Under the pieces are notes generated by a model that was given only the letters and a program-made list of their open reading frames with translations, did no database searches and was not told the origin of the DNA. The translations under genes were made by a program, and so were the position numbers. A stretch of DNA of 55,283 nt, filler included, from Platydemus manokwari (taxonomy: Eukaryota): NCBI GenBank assembly GCA_037951405.1. It is 5 parts of 5 records of this genome, joined end to end, with 100 filler letters (N's around TTAATTAATTAA, not from the genome) between each part and the next. Parts side by side here need not be neighbours in the genome. Positions count along the whole stretch, not along the records: positions 1 to 11,500 come from JBBMOY010642209.1; 4 more parts are not named here. One strand, 5' to 3'. This document shows, one piece after another, positions 1-11,600 of this stretch. Position 1 is the first letter of the stretch; the number at the start of each line of letters is the position of its first letter.

Positions 1-2571
1 ATAAAAATATGAATTTATTTATTATATATATTTACATTGATATCCAGCACATTTACATACATACATACATATATACTTCTATCAGATTGTACAACCATTT
101 CACATTTAAATTTATTTAAGTTAAAGAAGCAGTGTCAATATCTTAATTTATTTATGTTACTGATTTCAATTTCTTTGCTTTAATTCTTCTGACAGAAATT
201 GGAATGCAAAATTCGAAACTTAATATATACTTAAATCGATCTGAGTGAGCAAGTAAAACTGTGAGTAGCTATGTAAACTTTGAGTTCATTAAACTCGGAT
301 ACAAACACATGTGAAATGTGTAGAAAATGTATGATTTGTTTCATATTTAAAACTCCTACAGAGGATTTTCAATAATTATCGGAAAAAATTATTAACATTT
401 ATTATTTGATGAGGATAATTCTATATAAGAACCAACGAGAAGTTAAATTCTAATCTTAATTGGAATTGATTGTTAATATCGAATTCGAATGATTTATTAT
501 TTGAAATATAAGTTAACTAGACCTCAACATTTGAATTAGATTTGTATCTTATAATATGAATTTATTGTTACATTATGTTTGTTATTATAACTTATCAATA
601 CAAAATAAAACTATTTCAGAAATTTATCAATATAGAAGACAATTGAAGTTGATAATTGCAAATGACATCAGATAAATAGGTATCAAATTCAAATTCTTCC
701 AATAAAGTTAAATGCCCGATGGTATCATATATAGCTTATATTCTGGAAAGTTTTGATGTGTTTGGTTTAACATTTCAGAGCAATTTAATCAAAAGAAGAC
801 AATGTTCCATGTTTCCAAAAGTAAATTATTATGAAGTGAACATCAAGTCTTGTTATTCAGATAATGAAGATGTGCTGAAAATATTTTTCATGATCGTGAT
901 CTATAATCTCAATAAAATGAACAAATTACGTCGAAAGAATGTGTTAACGAACAAAGAAAATTGAATTCATCATTCAACAATGTCATTATATATATATATA
1001 TATTTCGTTTGGGATTTTAGGCTAGTACCAGTGGAATTCTATATTTTTACTAAGACGAAGTTTAGTAATAAGTATAACTTTATTTTATTCAGTGATATCA
1101 ATTAAAACGTAATTGTAACAAACTTGTTCAGTAAATTTTGCTAATTATAATTACCCTGTGTGATGGCACAACTTCTGGTTTGCAAACAAAACTAAATGAT
1201 TACAATTGCTGACTTCCAAACAATAACTATATAATGAGAACAATGATAATATTGCGGTATCAACGTGTGATTTGTCGTTACAATTATTTCGAGTAGTTTC
1301 AACGAAAAAGTACAACAAAAAATTCGATTTACCAGTGTGCAAGATAGAAGAATCGATTATATTGGTGTTTGAAGATACAAGATATTTACATAATACGGAA
1401 ATATTTTGACTTCAGGAACAAATGATAATTTACTGAATAATTCGAACCGAATTTATATTTCTATAAATGCCACCAATTAAAACCTTTAACAGTCAACGAA
1501 CGCCGATCACATTCCTTTTCAATTTCGATATTCAATGTCACTTATAAAGGCTACAATATCATGTACTGAGAATTAATTATTTACAAATTTAGAACTTGGT
1601 TTGTTATCGAATGATTTTCTAGTCTAGTTATCAATAATCAAATATATAGGCTGCGTCTTAGTCAGCAACGTAACTCTGTTTATCCGATTACTATTTTTAG
1701 TCAACTTTTATTTTCGATTCGAGATTATTTTATTATATTTGATTTATTATTTATTAACCGCTTCATTGTCGTTAACTTATATTCGTCTTTTTATATTTAT
1801 CTTATTATAATTATTCGAATTTATTATTGTATTGAATGGACGATTCTAACAAGTTTATTCAAAATAAAATATAATTTTAGACTACATATTCATATCGGAC
1901 TGGGATAAAATAAAATTATAACATGAATGAAACATGGAATAGAATATAACAATAGTGAAAGAAAACAAAAACATGAAAGTTTATTACTAAGAATAATGAA
2001 CATTAATATTATCATACAAAACCTAGAGTGGCAAATGATATTATCAAATGGTATATATTTATTAAAAGATATCACGTGTTTTGAAAGTCCACAGATGATA
2101 TGTGTTGTATTATTGATTCAGATAAACAAATGGGATATTATTTAGATGAATAACAAATGAGACTCATTGGCCTTGAATCTTGGTTTTATAGGACGTTATT
2201 GTATTGATTAATTAAACCAATATTTATAGAATAAATTGGCATACTGTATTTCTTCTGGAATTTTTTGAAATCTTCTGACAGACATAAGATTCTGGCTGGT
2301 TCCACTGAAAACAATGTTTGAAAAATTGAAATACTCATTAATGAATATGTTCATGAAAAAATTATTCAATACTCATTTTAAATTTCGTTTTTAAACAGAT
2401 AAGAATAATTTAATTCTGCTTGGCGTTGTCGACCTTTTCGTATAGTTTGAGATTTGCACCAATTTAATCATACTTTCTCTTGTCTTATCTCTTTCTTCTT
2501 TTTATATTCAGGTAGGGCATCTTTACAGTGAACTTAATTTTTATATACTTATTTGCCTTTTTTAGTTCGAG

Positions 2572-2670
2572 ATAATAATAATAATAATAATACAAATGAT
2601 AATAATAATGTTATAAGAATGTAATAATAATATAATATAATAATGATAATAATATAATATAATAATATTG
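2572..2670. repeat. (AAT)n / (AATAT)n low-complexity microsatellite
   Basis: Direct reading: ataataataataat...aatataatataataat. Confidence 0.8.
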
Positions 2671-3504
2671 ACAATACCCTTCATCAAAAAGATTTATAAA
2701 CACTTAATCTCAAAAATGTTAAGTCATTGTCTAAACAAACATTCTGAATTTTTGTTTATTTAAACGTGCAATCAAACAGTCTGAAGAATTCAGACTCTAA
2801 ATTGATGAATTTCTCTCTAAGATTAATCAATAAAATCGCATAGATTGTCTTAAATATTGTTAATTATGTTAATAAATAATTTACAGTTTCAAAATGAATT
2901 TGATAATCTATTCAATGTGACTTTTATTGCTAAATCTAAAGTCAGACACTGAATAACTATCTATGACAACAATCTATCTGCAATTGTTTTATTTGATCAA
3001 TGTTTGAAGGCTGTATTGATCTGAAAATCACGGTGACATTAGTAATGATAAATCTCAAATAAATAATACATCTGCTTATGCAGAGCATGTATCACACACA
3101 CTGTCGCATACGAACGGTCGCATTTCAATGCGCTAGTTTTTGGAATTAATGAACAATGACAAAAAGCGATCGATAAATGTGTTTGTGTGTGCGATGTACG
3201 ACAATAGCAAGAACTCATTGAGTAGGTTCAGATGAGTAAGTTGCTAGATTGATACACAAATATAATGAAATTTACTTTGCACACCGGATCTCATAAAAGT
3301 CAATTCCATTGTGCATTTGTGCATTCTTTCAAAATCTGTTTCATTAATCTATTTTCAAAACTTTTCGCTTTTGATTTAATAAGAAAAATAAGAATTTTCT
3401 AAGGTTAGTTATTGATTGTTTTGACTAAATATCGATTAAAATACGTAAAACCCACCGTTGAACATTTATCCTTTTTTCTTTTGAATCTAGTTTGATTTTC
3501 GAAT

Positions 3505-6500
3505 ATGGCTCTCGAAGATCCAGATCAAACGAGATTGAAATACATTCAAGTATGAAAGATAGATTTTGTAATGGGATTGATAAAATTAATGGTTTTATTT
3601 TCATCTTAGTCTTCGATACAAACGGTATCGTTTTCCTGCTCCCATACAGCGCTATTATTGGAAAATGATCATCAAGCTGCACTGAAGGCCGAGATAGAAG
3701 ATATCGAAAATCTAATAAAATCATATGTAAATGGATTATGAAATATATTCACATATAACGTATATATTTTTTTGTTAAAGGATAATTCGGAATCACAGAA
3801 AGATCTAAGTGATATTGAATCAATAAAAGTAATATATAAACTTGGTTTATTTTCTGTAAATTAGCTACTTTCAATTTTCAGGAGAAAATATCATATAATC
3901 AAGAAGATCTTGAATTTTTCGATTCAATTTCGTCATTGGAAGAATTATTTTCGGTAAATTCTTTGCGTTCTTTCATGGTTTCAATGGTTTATTCAATAAT
4001 ATTTTTGTTTCGTTCAGCAACTAACAACTCAAATAGCTGATAGGGCTTTAAAAGATTCCATGGTTTCTACGACGACAAATTTCGAGTCTGATGTAATTTT
4101 ATTATATAATATAATATAATCGAATTTTTAAACAATCTTATTATTCAGCGCGCACCATTACCCAAAGTGAAACAATGTTGGAATCAAATTGTCCTTTATT
4201 CCGAATTAGCTTCTATCCATACAAAAGATGCAGCCGATTATCATAAGGTGATTGCATTTATTGATTTTTAGCATTGTTTCAGAAACTTTTAATATTTTAA
4301 ATCAACCTACAGGATAAAAATAAAAAGTAATAATTTTAATTTATTTCAGTTCTACCACGAATGTTCCGAAATCAGGCGTCTTATCGAAAGAAGATGGCAA
4401 TTCACTTCAAAGTCATTAAATAACCTACACATCAAAGGAATAATGAAAGATGCGAAAGAAATAATAAAGATAACCAAGGTAAATTATTAATCAGTTTTTT
4501 TAAAGTGAGTACTTTAATAAAAGGAATCAACAATTGATTTACAAAATCTGGCTGACCAAATCAATAATCTCAAACGTAGATGTTCGTCAATTGTTCCAAT
4601 TTATCTTCGAACGAATCCCATTGCCGATCAAGGAAAGAAAGCCTTATTATTAGCTGATATAAAGATCGGTGATTTACAACTGAAAAAAGGAGACCATGTA
4701 ACAATATTGGATAATTGGGGCAAAGATGGAGCAACAAATAGAATTTCAAATGCTTCCGATATAACAACAAATCGAATTAATTGGTTAGTAGAAACGAAAT
4801 CTGGAGATAAAGTACTCCTTCCATCTGTGACGCTCTGGATTCCAGGTCCTGATTCTGAGACGGCTTTGGTTTTAAATGAGTTAGTTTGCGTCTGGTTTTG
4901 ATTATTAATGTTACCATTATTTATTTAATTACGGTTTTCTTTTACTAAGCTGAATCCATAGTAACACAAACAGGATTTTTCAACTACTGAAAAATATAGC
5001 GATATTAAATAATTATCAATATGTTAAATGCGTAGGAGCAATTTTTATTTGCAACACAAGTAACAAAGTAAATCAATGATTGAAACTTTCTAGTTCTAAA
5101 TTCTGAAATTTCATTTCAAATAATTTATTCACATTTAAACAAACAAATCTTTAAAATTTTGATAAAAAAATTTCGTTTGATTGCAAATATGTACATCATA
5201 TAACGATTTATACATTATCAATCCAAAAGGTTACACTNNNNNNNNNNCTGCACAAGGAATAGAGAATGTACATATTCATCAAGAAAGAATACGATTCTAT
5301 ACTTAGATGAATATGAATAAATTCGTGATTAATATTTAACCAACAATTTCAAATTATCACGCACTGATTGGCTAAAGTTTAGAGGTTTTTAAATTTGTTG
5401 AATGTATTGCAAAAACCTATATAGTTTACTTAATTATAAAAACATTTTTGAATTTTTTATTTAAGTATTTAATAAGAATTTTAGTTATTTGAAATAATAA
5501 ATTAAATAGATTAGAGCTTCAAAATTTGATTATTCGAAAAATGGATCAAATTAAGTTGAATAGCAATTTATTGAAAATTAACGAGGACCCATTTTTTTAA
5601 TATTGGAAACAAATTGACAAATATTCTCAATTTTTAAAATTAATTTATAAAAATAAGCAAGAATATTACAAAGCACGTCTGTAGTTAACTAACTCGATTT
5701 ATAATTAAAAAATTAAATTTAAAAACTCAAATAATCGTATAGAAGTGTTTTGATTAGAATAGGAACTTGGTTTGAAAATTATGTTTTGTTCCTATTTGAT
5801 CTCATAAAAAGTGAGATATTAAATAAGCCATTAAATTAAATTATAAAATAATTTCATGCACGAAAATTCGTAACGAAAGTATGTCAAAGGACCCTTTTTC
5901 TTAACTTAATCCTACTGATGTTTAGAGGCATAACAAATTTTTAAAATACTTCATTTCAAATATGGGGAATATTCAAGCCATTCTCACAGCTTTTTTTTTA
6001 CTGTACTTTGTTATTTTTCTAGATTACACAATCAACTCAGTACTGCATGGATGGAGTTGAACGAATTATTGAGAGAAACAATATTACAATACTATCAAAG
6101 CCTATTCAAACAGATCATATCGAAAAAACAATATTCATCTAATAACAAAGAATTATTATTGAAATTGACAGAAAGTGTTTCGCAATTGATATCGATGGGA
6201 GGATCCGAATCTATTAACGTTGAGGAGTTCCAACGTGATATGAAAACTATCGAGAAAATGGAAATTCGAAAAGATGGTATACATTAATATTTATAATCAG
6301 TTTATAATTCTAAATTCACGTAATACATTTTTGTAGTTTTGAATAAATTATTGAACAAATAGCCGAAAAACAATCACATTGGCACTACGAGCCAGAACAT
6401 TTTTGCTGGAATAATAATTGTTAAAATAATATGATTATTTTCGTTCTAAATCCATTGTAATAAAAGTGTTCAATTTGATCACAGTTCAAGGTTGAAAGAA

Positions 6501-9500
6501 ACCTAATTGTTGAAGTCATTTCATTGAGGAATGTTTTTCATTGTTAGAAATATAAAAATCGTCTCGATTCTCGAAATACTGATGGTATTCGGTATTCATA
6601 TATAATTGGCTCCCGGAGTATGTGCGAAAGTTAATGTGTTAATGAATTTTAATTTATGGTAATAAATAAATTAAAATTCATTAACATATTAACGGTGTTT
6701 TATTTGTTAAATTTCTCGAGAGATAGTTAAATCGTATTTATTATATGGAAATATGCACGGTTTTTGGATAAATATCGATAAAAATCCAACTAACAAATTC
6801 AGTATGAACAATTGAATTGAACGACATTTTGTAAATAAATAACTTGTAATACGGAATCATTTAATTTATATAAACACCATAAAAATTAAAAAAAAATTAT
6901 TTTCATTTAGCACCAGCACTATCCGAAGGTTTTTATTTGAGGAGACAAGATCTGGTAATATTAAATGAAATCATGACAAAATTTTCAGTAATTTGATTAT
7001 TTTTTAAAACCAAATATATAACTTTAAACCGCTTGTAACAGGTAATGATTCAACATCGTAAATATCTTACAACGACAACCTTAACTGTTTTGGATGAAGA
7101 ATGGAAATCGTCGATAGAAACCAATTTAAGAGTGGTGAATGCTTTGGGGAATTTACAGTAAAATTAAAATGAAACGATTTGATATTTTAATATTTATTTT
7201 CAGAGAAATGCAGCACAGAAACAAAAATGAATTGAAACTCATATTGCAACAAATCGAGATGTGGAAACAAGGTACTTTAAGTGCTTCAATTCTAAAGGAA
7301 TATACCAGATCACATTCTCCTGAATCAATGAGTTCAAGTGATGGTGATAGTGAATATCAGCCTTCAAGTCTGCCACGTGAAAGTCGATTACCGGTACAAC
7401 AAAATCAACTCACTGAAATCAATGTTTATTGCAATAACGAATTGAGTGCAAAATCTTCATTTGATAGAATGTTTAACGAAATGTTCGTGTCTAGTGCGAA
7501 TATAGATAAAGATATGGAGCTAGAATCGCAAATTGTGAGTTATGATTCAGGCCAATTATTTAAGTCGAGAAAGAAGTTACAATTGAAACCATATTGGGAT
7601 GGAAACAATTTGAAAATAACATACTTCGAGGTAGCTCCAGTTGTAGATGGATATTCCTCTTCGGATGAAGAAATATTGGAAAAGACAGAAATAATTTCAA
7701 CTCAACAGGCAATAGACTCAGGTGTTGAAAAAATTGACAGCCAAGTTCAGATAGATATAAAATATGAACAGGATGAGGAAGAAAAATATCTTACGGGAGA
7801 TAAATTAAGAGAAGTTCAGGATATCGAAAATTTTATAGAAAGAAATATTTCGTTGGGGAATTTACAAATACTAATGAAAAAAATAAATTCCCATTTATCG
7901 AAATCAACAACATCTACTCCATGTCAAACTGATAGAATTAAAAAGATTGAAACGACTTCAATTAGAGATATTATTACTGAAACCATCAAAAGAGATGAAC
8001 TGGCAATTCTGATGAAAGAAATAAATTCTCGATTATCCAAATCCACTACTTCAAGTCAAACTGATAGAATTAAAAAGATTGAAACCGTCTCGATTAAGGA
8101 TCTAATTTCAGAAACAATCGATAGAGATGAACTAGCAATTCTGATGAAAGAAATAAATTCTCGATTATCAAGATGTACTACTTCAAGCCAGACTGATAGA
8201 ATTACAAAGATTGAAACGACTTCAATTAAGGATTTAATTTCGGAAACACTCAATAGTGATGAACTGGCAATTCTGATGAAAGAAATAAATTCTCGATTAT
8301 CCAAATCTAGCACTTCATGCCAAACTGACCGAATTAAAAGAATAGAAACCACATCAATCAAGGACTTTGTATTGGAAACAATCGATAGAGATGAACTGGC
8401 AGTATTAATGAAAGAAATAAATTCTCGATTATCCAAATCCACTACTTCATGCCAAACTGATAGAATTAAAAAGATTGAAACCGTCTCAATTAAGGATCTA
8501 ATTTCAGAAACAATTGATAGAGATGAACTAGCAATATTAATGAAAGAAATAAATTATCGATTATCCAAAACAACTACTTCATGCCAGACTGATAGAATTA
8601 AAAAGATTGAAACATCTTCCATAAGAGACCTCATTGCAGAAATCACTGAAAGAGATGAACTTCCAATATTAATGAAAGAAATTAATTCTCGATTATCAAA
8701 ATCAACAACTTCAACTCAAGTCGATGAATTAATCGTAAGTTCAAAATCCAGTTTAAGTAGAAGTGAAAAACCAAAAATTTATGAAGACGCTTGTTTTGAA
8801 TTTTCACCCATTAAAGCCGCAATGAAAGAATTTGGAACTGCAAGTACTGATAAAATAAAGCACAAGTATTTCCAAAAATCAACTGAATGTAAAACACAAG
8901 ATGAATTTATCAGAGATCTCGAAATAAAGAGTATTTATCAAGAAGATAGAATAAATTATAATTCAAAATTATTGACTTTTGCTGGCCCAAAATTCGTAGA
9001 CAAATATTCTGAATATAAGACTAGATTGATTGATTGTTACAATGAATACACGATTAGAAGTGAAGATTATATGGTTGACGAATCGATAACATTATACGAA
9101 TCAAGTATGGATGTTTCAGGAATTGAAACGAAAGAAATATCATCAAGTTATGAAATAAGTTATTGCTCCACTGAATGTGAAATTACCGATAACGTTGAAG
9201 AAATTATACAAAAATCTCAAGAAAAAGAAGAAAGTTCAATTGTAATGATGGAAGATGAAAGGGTATTCAATGAATTATCAATGAATGATATCAGTACAAC
9301 AATGGAAGTGAAAATGATTGATACTTATGATTCAATGTCAATCGAATATATGGAATATAACGATGATCACAGTAAACGAGAAATACACGAAGATAAATCA
9401 TTTGAGACAGAACCGAGAAAATTGAAAATGATGGTTGTAACATCGGAGATAATAAAATGTAGTGTGGACATTCAATTTGATGGACTGAAGAAAGATACAT

Positions 9501-11500
9501 TCGAGACAGGATGGGAAACAGAAATGGAAACAAGAGAAACCGAAAATCAATATGAAGTACTTTTATTTATATTTAAAATACATTACATATATGAATTGAT
9601 TTCTTATTATAACCGTTATTTCTAGCATGAAATCTGTATAACCGTATGACTTTGATTATGGAGTACTATATACTACATACTATTATGTTCACTTTTTAAA
9701 ACTTATGTCCTCGCTGATAAAAATGGTATAATGTACATTTTTAGTATCTTCTACATCAATGGATATGAAATATATGGAATCTCATTGATTATATATTACT
9801 TATTGTCTGTGAACTTGCTTATACAATAATCTTTTGTGAAAAAGATTGGTTATATAATCCAGTAATTTACAATCATAAAATATTTCTCAATACCTATCTT
9901 CAGAAATTTTTTTCCCATTAAGATAAAAAGTTAACTGGCACGATTTCGATCGATAACGTAATGTCAACCATTATTACCCATCGTTTATTTATTTTTAAAA
10001 TTATTTTTATCAGTTCCTAATGTTAATGGCAATTTAAAAATTCAAAGTTGTTTATCAAAACATTTTCTATTTTAAAAATGATGTTTAAAGGAAAACAGAC
10101 ATGGATTTAATAAAGAAATGTTTGTCAAATAATGGATTGATGTATATCCCATAAATATGTCTTTCTTACACGTTAACGGGTGCATTAATATTGACTTTAT
10201 AATAAATAATATGAAGCCATATCTAACGAAAATATATATGAATGGAAAATGTAATATCATAAAATTCTGAAATTATATTTATATTATTAAAAATGTCCTA
10301 TAGTACGAGTTGTAAATACGTGATATTTTTGAAGATTTGTAAATGTCAAATATAAAATCACAAGTAAAATGAAATCAAAGGATCTACATTAAGGTTTGGG
10401 TTTATTAATACCATACAAGTCAGTTCTAATGTTTAATATATTTAAATAATTTTATTGGTTGATTTTGATGTTCTTATATAAGTCTTTTAAAAAATAATCA
10501 CAAGAAATATTATTTATTAAACAATTGTAATCCTATAAAACGAGCACTACCAATTAAAAATAAATATATAAATAATAATATAATATTCTTATATCAAATT
10601 TATTTTATAACTAAAGATAAATTCTGTCGATAATTCTTTTGATTTAAATGAAGTTATTGCATAATATTATTAAAATTTATTTCATTTGAAGGTGATATCA
10701 GAAGATATAATGACAGAAACTGATGCCATCATTCTAGCAGATACAGTTCATGAAACGAATATTAAATTCTCCGATATTTGTAGTGAATTCAAATTAGAAA
10801 TTGTCGATGTAAACAATTTACATTCAATCGAAAGTTCACAAATCTCAATAATCCATGATGAGAAAGAAGATGAAACTGATGCGACTCAATCAATTGAAAA
10901 GATTACAATAGATGTAAGTACAGATGTTTTTGGATTGAGAGAAATGAATTGTAAAGAAACAATGACATCGATTGATTTGAGTAAAACGTTAAGAAACGAA
11001 GGTGGAGAATTCGTTTGTGAAGTCATCAATATTGATACTCAAGTGGAAATAAATTTCGAAGAGAAATCATTGGTTCATGATGTTGTGAAATTCCATGAGA
11101 AATATTCTGAATACAATAGTAAATTGATAGATTGTTCAAATGAATACACGATTAGAAATGAAGAATTTTTGATGGATAAATCGATGAGATTGTGTGACTC
11201 AGGTATGGAGGTATCAGGAATCGAAATAAAAGATGTATCAACGAGTTACGAAATAATTTATTGTACAACTGAATGTGACATTGGAGAAATGGTAGAAGAG
11301 ATGAAACTAGAAGTAAGTGAAAAAGAGGAACGATCGGTTGTGATGATGGAAGATGAAAAGGTGTTCAATGAATTATCAATGAATGATATCAGTACAACAA
11401 TGGAAGCGGAAATGATTGATATATATGATTCAATGTCAATCGAATATATGGAATATAACGATGATCACAGTAAACGAGAAATACACGAAGATAAATCATT
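3505..11500 (+). CDS. Multi-exon gene: truncated plakin-domain (spectrin repeat + SH3) protein with long acidic, repeat-rich tail; 3' end lost in assembly gap
   Basis: Hand-spliced GT-AG exons keep one open frame: 3505-3549, 3610-3726, 3781-3828, 3882-3953, 4018-4092, 4149-4247, 4350-4478, 4524-4879, 6023-6276, 6911-6954, 7042-7157, 7204-9556, optional 9626-9643, 10692->11500. An in-frame TGA at 3493 precedes ATG 3505; probable 5'UTR intron 3404-3490. The peptides KQCWNQIVLYSELASIHTKDAADYHKFYHE and LKRRCSSIVPIYLRTNPI..KALLLADIKIGDLQLKKGDHVTILDN..WLVETKSGDKVLLPSVTLWIPGPD match the plakin spectrin-repeat/SH3 pattern of desmoplakin, plectin and dystonin (W..L....E.HL...A.Y.QF; IV.LKPR..ALCDYK...KGD...L.DN..W.V....G....PSV...IPPP). 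Confidence 0.85.
4524..4879 (+). CDS. Exon 8 of the plakin-like gene: plakin-type SH3 domain
   Basis: Open frame from AG acceptor at 4523 to GT donor at 4880; contains ALLLAD..KKGD.V..LDN..W.VE...G....PSV..WIPGP. Overlaps track ORF 4707-4901. Confidence 0.85.
5390..5911 (+). mobile_element. Dispersed non-coding repeat, copy A (probable non-autonomous DNA transposon), in intron 8
   Basis: Aligns by eye with the reverse complement of 19536-20102 and with 42952-43172; all three share the end GTCAAAGGACC(C)TTTT.TT.ACTT. Confidence 0.7.
6630..6693. repeat. Near-perfect 28-bp inverted repeat with 8-nt loop in intron 9
   Basis: Left arm GTTAATGTGTTAATGAATTTTAATTTAT (6630-6657); right arm ATAAATTAAAATTCATTAACATATTAAC (6666-6693); one G.T pair. 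Confidence 0.85.
7204..9556 (+). CDS. Giant exon 12 of the plakin-like gene (S/T/E/D-rich tail with 44-aa repeats)
   Basis: Lies inside the 828-aa track ORF. Acceptor tttattttcag (7203) and donor gtactt (9557) are phase-compatible with the flanking exons; the ORF's first ~22 and last ~22 residues are not part of this exon (other frame or intron). Confidence 0.85.
7838..8725 (+). repeat. Coding tandem repeat, 132-bp / 44-aa unit, about 6.7 copies
   Basis: Unit ETIDRDELAILMKEINSRLSKSTTSCQTDRIKKIETTSIKDLIS; the GATGAACT anchor recurs at 7994, 8126 and 8258 (period 132). Confidence 0.95.
10692..11500 (+). CDS. Exon 13 of the plakin-like gene, truncated by gap
   Basis: Acceptor ttcatttgaag at 10691, phase 0; ORF open to the N-run; its last ~137 aa duplicate a block of exon 12. 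Confidence 0.8.
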
Positions 11501-11600
11501 NNNNNNNNNNNNNNNNNNNNNNNNNNNNNNNNNNNNNNNNNNNNTTAATTAATTAANNNNNNNNNNNNNNNNNNNNNNNNNNNNNNNNNNNNNNNNNNNN
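11501..11600. other. Artificial scaffold spacer (44N + TTAATTAATTAA + 44N)
   Basis: Identical 100-bp construct at four places; the 12-mer gives stop codons in all six frames. Confidence 0.95.

Noticed and set aside
719-1420. ORF 719-964 and possible small exons
   Set aside because: Some GT/AG pairs, but no consistent multi-exon frame or recognisable motif.
8056-8442. 128-aa minus-strand ORF (also 9291-9533, 3425-3724, 4570-4770)
   Set aside because: Antisense shadows of the plakin-like coding exons.
7838-8725. Regular repeats as a CRISPR-like array
   Set aside because: Contiguous in-frame coding units with no unique spacers; eukaryotic context.
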